Shown: positions 26,341 to 38,500 of the stretch, piece by piece
Layout of the letters: each line of letters starts with the position of its first letter
Position numbering within the stretch: the first letter of the stretch is position 1
From: Thalia democratica
Lineage: Eukaryota
Direction: 5' to 3'
DNA length: 64,000 bases
Assembly (NCBI GenBank): GCA_965202585.1
Contig: OZ241827.1
Coordinates: forward strand, 67,518,001-67,582,000
The notes under the pieces: generated by a model
The model's input: only the letters and a program-made list of their open reading frames with translations
What the model was told of the DNA's origin: nothing
Database searches by the model: none
Program-made: the position numbers and the translations under genes

Positions 26341-28142
26341 AAATTTCTCTAGTTTATTTAAAGCAAAAATAAAAAAAGCGTAACCTAGCTAATGCATTAA
26401 ACAACATATTTGCAAAGTTCTAACTGTTTCTGTTAAGAATTGTTTGTGTGAGAGTGCTTAAAAGTATGGCTAATACTTTTACAAAAGTAAGCATAGGCTT
26501 TTTAAAATTAAAATGTTTAGAAGACCGTAAAAATTTTTCTAGTTTATTTAAAGCAAAAATAAAAAAAAGCTTAACGTAGCCAATTCATTAAACAACATAT
26601 TTGCAAAGTTCTAACTGTTTCTTTTAAGAATTGTTTGTGTGAGAGTGCTTAAAATTATGGCTTTTACTTTAACAAAAGTAAGCATAGGCTTTTCCTTTAA
26701 CAAAAGCAAGCATAGGCTTTTTTAAAGTAAAATTTTTAGAAGACCGTAAAAATTTCTCTAGTTTATTTAAAGCAAAAATAAAAAAAGCGTAACCTAGCTA
26801 ATGCATTAAACAACATATTTGCAAAGTTCTAACTGTTTCTGTTAAGAATTGTTTGTGTGAGAGTGCTTAAAAGTATGGCTAATACTTTTACAAAAGCAAG
26901 CATAGGTTTTTTTAAAGTAAAATGTTTAGAAGACCGTAAAAATTTCTCTAGTTTATTTAAAGCAAAAATAAAAAAAGCGTAACCTAGCTAATGCATTAAA
27001 CAACATATTTGCAAAGTTCTAACTGTTTCTTTTAAGAATTGTTTGTGTGAGAGTGCTTAAAAGTATGGCTAATACTTTTACAACAGTAAGCATAGGCTTT
27101 TTAAAAGTAAAATGTTTAGAAGACCGTAAAAATTTTTCTAGTTTATTTAAAGCAAAAATAAAAAAAGCTTAACGTAGCCAATTCATTAAACAACATATTT
27201 GCAAAGTTCTAACTGTTTCTTTTAAGAATTGTTTGTGTGAGAGTGCTTAAAATTATTGCTTTTACTTTAACAAAAGTAAGCATAGGCTTTTCCTTTAACA
27301 AAAGCAAGCATAGGCTTTTTTAAAGTAAAATTTTTAGAAGACCGTAAAAATTTCTCTAGTTTATTTAAAGCAAAAATAAAAAAAGCGTAACCTAGCTAAT
27401 GCATTAAACAACATATTTGCAAAGTTCTAACTGTTTCTGTTAAGAATTGTTTGTGTGAGAGTGCTTAAAAGTATGGCTAATACTTTTACAAAAGCAAGCA
27501 TAGGTTTTTTTAAAGTAAAATGTTTAGAAGACCGTAAAAATTTCTCTAGTTTATTTAAAGCAAAAATAAAAAAAGCGTAACCTAGCTAATGCATTAAACA
27601 ACATATTTGCAAAGTTCTAACTGTTTCTTTTAAGAATTGTTTGTGTGAGAGTGCTTAAAAGTATGGCTAATACTTTTACAACAGTAAGCATAGGCTTTTT
27701 AAAAGTAAAATGTTTAGAAGACCGTAAAAATTTTTCTAGTTTATTTAAAGCAAAAATAAAAAAAGCTTAACGTAGCCAATTCATTAAACAACATATTTGC
27801 AAAGTTCTAACTGTTTCTTTTAAGAATTGTTTGTGTGAGAGTGCTTAAAAGTATGGCTTTTACTTTAACAAAAGTAAGCATAGGCTTTTCCTTTAACAAA
27901 AGCAAGCATAGACTTTTTTAAAGTAAAATGTTTTAAAAAACCCTAAAAATTTCTCTAGTTTATTTAAAGCAAAAATAAAAAAAGCTTAACGTAGCCAATT
28001 CATTAAACAACATATTTGCAAAGTTCTAACTGTTTCTGTTAAGAATTGTTTGTGTGAGAGTGCTTAAAAGTATGGCTTTTACTTTAACAAAAGTAAGTAT
28101 AGGCTTTTTTAAATATAAAATTTTTGAAGACCGTAAAATTTT
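26341..28142 (-). repeat. Inverted tandem array of the same units, right arm of Foldback element
   Basis: Nine units ending GAAGACCGTAAAAATTT (one variant); a 3-unit higher-order period of ~598 bp is visible (GACCGT at 26523, 27122, 27720). Confidence 0.9.
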
Positions 28143-29359
28143 CAATACACTAAATTTAAAAAAACTATATAAAAAAATATTATAGATTAAAAAGTTGTAC
28201 TTATTACAATAGTTTAAGAGTATAAGAAAGGGGTAAAAAATGGGAGTTTGATAAAAAGAGGTTTATAACCTAAATTCAAAAGTGAATGGTAATAAACTTT
28301 CATATCATTATCGATTAAATTTTCTTATTTTTAGGGTTTTTGTTTTCTACATATGTTTATTTATTTATTTTTATTTATAAGTTTATATCATTGCATTAAT
28401 TTTTACCGATTATTAATAAATTTTTATATCAATCATTACTGATATTATTATTTTATTACAGTTAAATATTTCTTAATTTAATATTTTCATAGTTATATTA
28501 TTATTTCCTTTATCTATCTATATTATTAATTTTTATGATATAGATCGATTATATATATTTATTCTATTATTATTTTTATTGATGTTCATCTTTTTTTAAA
28601 TTTATATTAATTATATTTTTTTTTACATTTTATTTCATCAATAAAAAAAATAACCGCTAGGTGGCTCGTTTCGGGTTTGGTTTTGTGATTCCGGTCCAGA
28701 CTTGTCACCCTTGATTAAAAAAACATACTTCTAAAATTTAAAAAGTGCTTTCGTAAAGATTGACAAGTTTTAAAAAGTTCGTCGGTAGTTTGGCTTGATA
28801 TATGCAAATTAGCAAAAGTTCGTCGAAAAAGTTCGTCAAAAAAGACGACTATCTAACAATAGACCCAAAGAGGTGTACTTTTAAAACCCTGGAAAAGTTT
28901 TATTGTTTTTTTGTGGTATAAAAACATCAGTCTCCAACTCTACCCCTTGCATTGATAAACATTTTCTGGAGAAAAGTGAGTGTGACACATTATGTGTAAT
29001 TTTACCTGCCATATTAATATTCAACAAATTATCCAAAAGTAAAATAAACAAAAAACTATCTTTCAATTGAATAAAAGAGTCCCTTGGTGTCACTCAAAAG
29101 CTAAAATCTCAAAATTTAACTCAACTGCCACAACAAAGTGGCGCTACAACAAACAAACTACTCCACCAGAGTGAACTCACGATCATTTGTTAAAAAAATG
29201 CATTAAACTGAGATTATTATGTAATTAAATTGGCACTAAATACAATTAATTAATTTAATTTAATTGTTTAAGTTATTTCCTAATTTATTTGATTAATTTT
29301 TAAATTAAAATTTGGAAAATCTGGAATTTATCAAAAAAAAGGGGCCACCCTGATTATAA

Positions 29360-29787
29360 CAGGGTTGCCACACACTCAGGGAACTCAGGAAAATTTAGGG
29401 AGTTTCCTAGTTATAGAAAATCTCAGGGAAACTCAGAGAATTTTGATTCTTTTTTAACTCATGGAAACTCAGGGCAGTTTGGTTTTTTCTAAATAACTCA
29501 GGGAAATTTTAAGATTAAAAAAAAAAAATTCAGGGAAATTTTTTTCTAGATCCAGAATAAGATTTAGTTAATCCAGTTTCAATATTTTGTTCAAAAAAGT
29601 TAATTTTATTTATTTTTAAGTGCTTATCTAGAAATTTTTTAGCCTTGTGGCTAGTTCTTCAATATTCTTAGAATTAACATTGGATTTGAAAAAAAACTCA
29701 GGGAAACTCAGGGAAGTTTAAGGTTACTCAGGGGAGGTTCTGGTCACTCAGGGAAGATTTTTTTTGACTCTAAGAGTGGCAACCCTG
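29360..29787. mobile_element. MITE with CAGGGTTGCCAC TIRs and many ACTCAGGGAA subrepeats (hAT-like, apparent 6-bp TSD)
   Basis: TIRs CAGGGTTGCCAC / GTGGCAACCCTG; flanks TTATAA on both sides (29354-29359, 29788-29793). Confidence 0.8.
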
Positions 29788-30731
29788 TTATAAATAAATT
29801 AAATTAAAATCATCAAAACATTTAATTGACATAAATTTAATATTAAGACAGCAATTTGCTATAAAACTTAATAGTTTAATAATATTTATTTGTTGAAAAT
29901 GTTCTATACTTAACTTTAAAACAGCATCTTTCCTTTGATATTTTTACCAAATATTTTATAAATTACTAAAATTTTTATCTAATCCTAGATTGTTTAAGCT
30001 AGGGACCTAAAAGATGATTTTTTAGTTAATTATAAAAACATAAAGAATATTTTAATATAAAGCTGCAAGTTAAAGAATTTTAGACTTCTTAAAATTACTA
30101 CTATAGTACAAAATATTTTTTCAGGGTGGTCATTTAACCTAAAGTAACCTGAAATTTGACAATTTAAGCAAAATGAACCCTAAAACCAAAGAAGTTTAAA
30201 CAATCTTTCACATAACCAATGAATTTTGAATAATAAAACAAAATTTTTGACATTTATTTATTATAAAAACATGCATATCATTAAAGTATCTTTTCAGTAA
30301 CTTAAACACAATTCTTTAACCTTAAATATACTGTGTTATACTTAGAAGAAGCAAGAAAAGTTGTACTTTTAAAGATCTCCAAGAAAGTCAAAAACTTGAA
30401 AGACATTTCTAAAAAACCACCTATATTTGGAACTAAAATTAGATATTAAGTGAAAAAAATTGAAAATAAGTTATAAAAGTTTATAAAGTTGCTTTAAAAG
30501 TGCAAGAGCAGATAGATTAAGTTTATTATTTAAAAAAATTTTCTTATTAACAGAAACCTATTACACTCTATACTTTGATCACTTGTATGTGAAAATATAT
30601 CAAGTTTTATAAGTTGTAAAAACATGCAACACACTTGTTGCACTGGAAGTCACACGCTCAGGATAAATCAAGACAGGTTGAATTTTTTTTTAAATTTAAG
30701 AATGAATCAGTCTATTTATTTCTAGAAAGTA

Positions 30732-31065
30732 CAGGGTTGCCACTTTACCTGAAAACTTAGAAGAACCTGGAATTTAACAATTTAAGCAAAAAACCTGGAA
30801 TTTAAAAATTTTCACATGTTCAGTTGTGAAATTTTGATTTAATCAAAAAATCTATCATGTAAGTAAAAAAAAAACTGTCATCATCAAACATTTTTTTAAT
30901 AAAAAATGGTATCTTTTCAATATAACATTTTTATACTATTTAACTTAGTTTCTTACCTTAGACTTAACTTAAAACTAAAAGTTAACCCTAAAATAAGTAC
31001 TTTTAAAAACTGGAAGAAATTTGGAAAACCTGGAAAAAAATTTGAGAAATCGAGTAGCAACCCTG
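30732..31065. mobile_element. MITE with CAGGGTTGC(C/T)AC TIRs and (A)ACCTGGAA subrepeats
   Basis: TIRs CAGGGTTGCCAC / GTAGCAACCCTG; flanks AAAGTA / AAAATA; related truncated starts at ~24208, ~24343 and ~30122. Confidence 0.7.
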
Positions 31066-31359
31066 AAAATAGTCATCTTAAATTCTTTTTGGAAATCTCA
31101 GTTTTTTTCAAGGTCCTGAGAAAAAGACTTAGTTGTTCCAGTTTCAATATTTTCATATTTTATATAAGTTTTGTTCAAAAACTTGATTTTTATTGACAAT
31201 GAACTTATTTTATTTGTTTAGGTTTGTTTTATAAAATTTTAAAAACCTCAGGACAGCTGAATGTCTTTAAGGACACTTTTTTGACTCTTGAGAACAACCT
31301 TGAGTTGATGTAAAACTTAACTTTTTATGGTTTTAAGTCAGAGTTTATAATTTTGTTTT

Positions 31360-31709
31360 TCAATAGGCCCCCAATAGGTAATTTCAAAAGAAATTACAAA
31401 AGCTATGGTCCCCTCCAACATAACTTCTCAAAAAACTACCATTAAAAACCCCTAAGACTTTTTTTTGCTCTTCACTATCAACTCTAGAATGTATAGTGTA
31501 AGTTTCAAATTATGGCTTTGTGGCTCCTCCTTTTACAATCCCCTAAGTTTTTCCATAATGTCTAGTATAACTTTAAAATTAATATAAAAAACGTCTAAAC
31601 CTCTTTTTTGGCCCTTTTACTGCTCATTGCCCATTAAATACCTGTAATGGACCCTTTAAACTTCTGCAATGGCTCACAAGCAACTTGGCCCAATTTGGAA
31701 AACCCTGAT
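31360..31709. mobile_element. Degenerate hAT-like MITE, same family as 40233-40502
   Basis: Shares AAAAGAAATTA(C/T)AAAAGC(T/C)ATG..CCCC..CAACA..CTCAAAAA(A)CTACCAT with the 40233 element; ends TTTGGAAAACCCTG. Confidence 0.55.
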
Positions 31710-32522
31710 ATATGTCAGACAGTATAAAACTAATATTGTCCTTTTACTAATTATCATACAATACTGCTGTTATTGCAGGTATTTGCAGCCAAGTAGGGAG
31801 TCAAATCTACTTGAATTATTCAAGTAAAATTTGCTGGCTGTATTTAAGTGTTAAAAATCTAAAATGGTTTTTATATATTTTTAAACCAAAGTTATACCAA
31901 AATGAGGATTCAAAAAGCACTATGGTTTGCTGAGTGAAAAATTAATAACTTAATTCTGAGTTTTTACCCTCAAAAAAAAGTTTTTATTAAGTTCATTTTT
32001 AGTTGAAAAAACTAAAGGAAGGGAAATTTTTTGCTTTGATTATCTCATTTCAGTTCAACTGTAAATAAAATATTTACAGGCACAAAACTTATGTTTGTTT
32101 TCTTTTACAATGACATACTTTTTGATTAAATTCTTTTTGATTTCAGTTTCTTGAACTATAATATAAACAAATAATAAAATTATTAAAATAAATTATTGCA
32201 AGAGCAAAAAGTTAATATTTAATGATAAAATAAGTAGGAACTTTTATGATATTCAAAATAGCAACTTGAGAAATGTATGGTCATATATGAAAAAAAAAAA
32301 ATTCTTCAAACTTAAGCTGAAAAATGTAAGACAAAAGAATTTGTCATACCATATCATTTGATCATCAGACCATTATTGGTAGATTGAAACAGGTTTCCTT
32401 CTTTTTAGGACTCATCAAATACCTGGTGTTTTATTTTCAATACTTAAACTTTTATAATTTTTTCTGTTTAACAAATTATGTTTTTGCAGAATTGTAAAAC
32501 GTGATACTAAAAAACTATAAAA

Positions 32523-35500
32523 ATGGCTGAAGCGGTGAGTTAAAATAAAATGCTAATTATTATAAATTTTTTAGTTAATTTCATACTTATAGTTAATGAA
32601 TTTGTTTTAATCAACTAAGTATATAAGGAATTCTTGATATAGACTAAAGTATTGCAAATAAACATGTTGTTAAATATATACAGCTACATAAATATAAATA
32701 TTTTATTATTTATTATATAAAAGAATTTTCAAACAACTATTACATGATGTTTACTCTATTTATACAGAGTTAGTTTTTAATACTAATAATATTCTGTAAT
32801 ACCTATGACTTTTAATAAAAAATTATCAACATTAAATAAGAAAAAATATTTTTTTTTCTAAAATTCAATTTGAAAAATCTTATCCATTTTTAATTTAATA
32901 TACTGGAATCAAAACTGTATGTTTTTTTATTATTATTTATAAACTGTAAATTAACAACGAAATACTATAAAAACAGCGTTGATTTAAAAAAACCCAGTAG
33001 TAAATCAGTATATAAAACTAAAAAACAAAAAGAATATAGTTAATTGTTTTAGCAAAAATATTTATGTTTTTTTTCTTTTTTCAAATAACCAAAATTTTCT
33101 TTCAATAGCATGAATATACATACAAACTGTTTTTTACAATTTAAAAGCCACTAGTTTTTGACAATTTTATGTTTATACTTTTTTTAAAATAAAATTAATG
33201 TTTGATTATGTACTTGTTTTTCAAAGTTTATAGCTTTGTAAAGTTAGATAAACAGTAACAAAAATAAAAAATAAATAAATTGTATAAGACTTGAAATACT
33301 TTTGTCAAATTTTCTAAAGGCTCAGTTAGAGTAACTAAAAACTGCTTCAATTAATTAAATTAAAATAAAATCAAAAACAAGTTGAGTACTTTTAAAAACT
33401 TGACATCATATAATAAATAAAAATTATGTAAATTTTTAAAGACTCCAGCAGAACAACCACAACAAGAGGAAGTAAAGAAAATCATCAGGGAGGAAGGTGA
33501 AGAGGAACTTTTCAGGATGTTGGTTTTATTAACAAACTAATTTGTACTATGCATTTGAAGATAACTGTATAATTTTGAAAAAACGATCAAGTTGATTTGA
33601 ACTAGTAGTTATTTAAAAAAATTTAAAACACAAGCTATTTAACTACTCTATTAGAATTTAATTGCGTGTACAATACTGATGGTCATTTTATGAAATTTTT
33701 CTAGCTGTAATTTATTTATTTCTAAATTAAAGCTATATATCTCCAAATTATAATAACCTATAACTTCTTATTAAAAGTATTAAAAATTAAAAAAAAAATG
33801 TTTCGATTATTTTCAGTTATTTGAAAAACTTGATGAAGAAATTAACTTTAAATAAAAAAATATCCGTATTTTACATTTATAAAATGTAGTTTTTTAATCT
33901 TTCAATCACAGCTGTATTGTCAGTAAATATGTTAAATTGCACTTTGATGTCATAAATGCAGTAATATAAATGCTATTTAATCTCATAGGGGGGCTTAAGA
34001 TATTTATTATTTAAAATAGTGGCTTATTTGTAGTTGTATATGTAAGACAATAATTTATAATTTCTTGTTTTTATTTAAAACATATTTATGGCATAGCATT
34101 TTCTACTTTTAGTTTTACTTAAAAAAAAAATAATGAGTACAGGCAGAATAAAAATAGAGTTTTACATACTTAAACATGTACTAGAATTAAGCACAACAGC
34201 ATAAGCAAGTTTCTAAGTTGTTTTTTAGGCTTGCAAAGTTTTATTATTTAAGCAATGATAAGTACTTGATTATACTAATTAACTAAATTATATGATTTTT
34301 GAAAAATATGTTTTATGCCTTTAATTGAAGCAATCCACTCATTTTAAAATATTTAATACAATATAATCATTTTACAATTGCAAGATTGTGAAATACGATT
34401 ACTGCAAAATGTTTTTTTAAATCAATTTTTCTCCCACGGGAATGCAAAACTGTGCATTTAAGTTATTTCTCTTGACGTTTTTATATATTAAAGTCCCATT
34501 ATTTATTCATCTACAGGCGCGCAAACTGTACAAATGGATAAATTTTTAATTATTTTATTTATTGTTTATTAAAATTCTGTTTTTTATTCATCTACAGGCG
34601 CGCAAACTGTATAGATGGACAGAATTATACATTTAGTTAATTTTTCCCCCAACAATTTCAGAGTTGTAACTTATTATCAATCCACAGGAGGGCCAAATTA
34701 TATCGTTGGGCCAAGGAGACGAACGAGTGGAAGGAAAGGGGGCTGGGCGACATCAAGATACTGAAGCATGAAGATAGTGGGAAGGTGAGGATTCTTATGA
34801 GGAGGGATCAGACGTTCAAAATTTGCTGCAACCACTATTGTTAGTTTGAATTAATTAACTTAATATCAAAATTTACTGCAATTAGTATTGTTAGTTTGAA
34901 TTAATTTTTTAATAAAATGTTCTGTAGTCACTATTGTCAATTTATTGGAAATGATAATTTAAACTGCATTATGGGGATTTATTATGGGGATAATCATTAC
35001 TGTTAGATATATATGTTAATATAGATATATTAATATATATATATATTAATGTTTTCATATTTATATTAATTCAACCACTACTGTTAGTTTTGTTGTTTTT
35101 TTAATCTAAGTATAATAAATTTGACTGTATAAGGAATCAGACTTTAATTTTTTTTTGCAATCATTACTGTTAGTTTGAATTTGTTTAAATGTTTTAAAAA
35201 TTTGTTGTCATAGCTACTGTTAGATAAATTTAATTAGTGTTCTAACAAAATCTGCTGCAGTCATTACTCTTAGTAATTTAGATAACTTAATATTAAAATT
35301 TATTGCAACTAGTATTTTTAGTCTTGTTTGAGCTAGATAAAGTATCTTGTAATCACTATTGTCAGTTTTGTTTAAATTTGTTTATTATTATATCAACATT
35401 TGCTGCAACCACTATTGTTAGTTAAAATGTATTTCATGTTAAGATGTGTTTAATCATTACAGTTAGTTATTGATTAAATTTGTTACTTAGTTTTATTACC

Positions 35501-38500
35501 TTAAATATAATAAATTAAACTGTCTCATGGGGAGGGATCAGACACTCAAAATTTGTTGCAACCACTATTGTTAGTTTTTTTAATTAGTTTATTTTAATAT
35601 TATTAAGACAAATATAAAAGTTTGTTGTAACTGTTATTATTAGTTACATATAATTAGTTATTATTATTATTATATTAAATATTTAAAATATGCTGCAAGT
35701 ACTACTATTTTTTCGTGTTAAATCATATAAATTACATAAAAAATAAAGTATCTTGTAATTGTTGTTAGTTTTATTTAAATAAATTTAAATTTTTTTGTTT
35801 TATTTCAATCCTTGTTTCATCTATCTAGATAAATAAGTAAATTAAAACTGCAGTAGACATCTGACGTTTATGTTTCCTGGAATTACTAGTTTAGTTAAGT
35901 CAGTTTTGTTTGAAGTAATACACATATATTTTATTTAAAGAAATATCAAAACATGTTGTTATCATTTTTATCAGTTTTGTTTAATTATTTGTATTGGCAT
36001 ATGAGGATATGCGATGATACTAAGGAGATTTACTCAATTTTATTAGCCTTGGTTAAATTAGTTACTAAATGGACTAAAAAGGGACTAAAAAGTTATGCCT
36101 TCATAACTGTTATTGATTTTTTTATTGTTTTGCGTATTTATTAGTCTTTACTAGAGTCACTAGATTTAGATATTGAAGATCAATTGTAATCATTGTTGTT
36201 AGTCATGATTATTTATATATTTTTGGGTTTTAATTTTTCATATGTTTAAAACTTTTATTGCTTTTTTTAATAGTTTAAGTTTAATTAGTTGTTCAAGTTA
36301 AAGGCCAGAATTTCAAAACTTGTATATATTTATTTAAACAATACTTGAACTTGTGAATTTTTACTTATTTAAATTCTGAGTGTGTTGCAACTGCTAGTGT
36401 TAATAATACTTCCTACTTAAGTTACTTTGAGATTTTATTATAAAAACAAAATCTTATAACAACTTCACTCAAAGTACATAAATTTTGTTAGTACTTGAAA
36501 TTAAACTAAGTAATAAACATGTATAAAGTAAAAAAAAACAATATGTTTTCTTAAATACTTTTAGCTAACTTAAACTTTCAGTGTTTGATATTGTTTTAAG
36601 TAAAATATTTGTCTAACTAATATAAATTGGAAAGTTTTATTAACATCAATGATAAAAGTGAATTTTAAAAAGCTCTCAATTTAAGTTATTTATTTTTTTA
36701 ATTGTTCACCTTATTTTGTTAGCTATTGTAGTTTGATGTTCGAATACATTTGTTAAAAACATCTACTTAATTGCTAGTAACATTTTTACAACATCCAATG
36801 TTGGGGAAAATAAATTAGCTAATTATTTTGCATACACTTGAGACTTAATTTAGCGATTTATTGATTATTTTCACTCACTATTTTATTTGTTATTTTGTAC
36901 CTTCTACATTATTTTGTTCAGTGAAGCAAAGCTTGAAAGTTTATTGTCAGAAGATAATATCTCATTAATAATTAATTCGAAACATATGTAGTTTGTACGG
37001 TTCTTTTATAAGTTGACATTCTATTTATTTATTTATTTTTTTAAAACATTTTAATAACAAGCTTTAAAAAAAATATTTCAATAAACTAATATACAATCAG
37101 TTGTAATATAACACATATTAATTTTTTAGTTTATAAGAACTATGAATGTATTATCCATTTTTTTATGCAGAAAGTAATCAACAAGAGTGTACTTTATATA
37201 TTGTATTAGTTACTATAATCAAAAGTAAAAAATAATTAAAATAAATGCACACTAAATTAGTTTTCTTGAGTCTTAAAAGTTTTTATTTCTAACTTTAAAG
37301 ATAGTTTTTAATTTTTTTATTAAATAGATATTATTCACGTCACGAATAATTGATACGTAATTTAATAGAAAATAAGTGTTTATTCTTTAGAATTTTTTTC
37401 CCTTTTGAAAGCTTGTGATGTATTCATCCAAACTTATAATACTTGAAATCTGGTTAAATATTTTTTGTAGCATTATTGTGTAAATTTTTTTAAATCACCC
37501 AAATAAATTATAGATGTTTTTTACTTGAAATAATATTTTATACCGTAAAAAAGTTTTGTTCATAAATAGCAAGCTTCTTAAACTGTTATACTTTAAATTA
37601 AAACTAATGAGTATATCATTTTTAGTTCTTCGTTTAAATAAAGCTTAACTATTAAAAACATATATTAGGTTGCAAGTTTAATTTATGAACATCAAAATTT
37701 CTCAACCTAGATTTTCCCCTATAAATTGATACATATAAAAAACTAATATTCTCTTTAAACAGTGAGCCCAAAACGAAACTGTTTGATCACAATGGTAACG
37801 ACAAAGCTTAGTTGTGGACTAAAAATTAATAATTTTTAAAATAGAGTGAGATTTTAAATATATAAATATCTGTAATACAATAAAATATTTACAGTGGACC
37901 CAAAGATGGAACTTTCTGACCACAATGGCAACGAGAAAGCTTGGCTTTGGACAGCATTCAATGATCTTTCTGATGATGGCATGGATTTGACTGTGAAAGA
38001 AGAATTGTTTGCTATCAGATTCAAAACTGCTGAATGTTTGTTTTTTATAAATAAAATAAATTATTTGTTTTATTTATTTATTTTGAATTCAAAATTGCTG
38101 AAAGTATGTTCAATAAATATTTAAAATAAGTAAAACTGTTTGCAATCAGATTTAAGACTGCTGAAAATTATGTTTAAAAAAAAGTTGTAACGTAAATTTA
38201 AAGTTACCGCCCAATGTTTCATTTTTGCTTCTAACAAGTTTTATTTAGTCTTTGTTTGTTTTATAGTATTAGATGAATTAACAATAAACTTATCTTAAGT
38301 TTGGATGGTATTACTAATCTTGTATGTTTTAAAAATAAACATAAACTGATGCTAGTTAAAGTACAAGTAATTGCTTAGCTTAAAAAATGGCATTTATGTC
38401 CATAACTTAGAATTTAGTTATAACAATTAGCCATAAGTTAACTACAATAACTGCTTAGTTTAAAGTTAATAAAAATATAAACTTGTGGTTTCATTTTAAT

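Larger units (their letters stand above)
24652..28853. mobile_element. Foldback (FB)-like element, 4.2 kb, long TIRs with internal tandem subrepeats
   Basis: Ends (G)ATAGTCGTCTTTTTTGACGAAC in inverted orientation; flanks read as a 10-bp TSD CTAACAATAG (24643-24652, 28853-28862) or 8-bp TAACAATA depending on where the TIR boundary is placed; ~710-bp unique outer arms nearly identical; subterminal GACGAACTTTT motifs; no coding region between arms. Confidence 0.92.

Noticed and set aside
25362-28142. Regular repeat array as a CRISPR locus or centromeric satellite
   Set aside because: Units are 190-216 bp with no unique spacers, the context is eukaryotic, and the array is bounded by TIRs and a TSD, so it is internal to a Foldback element.
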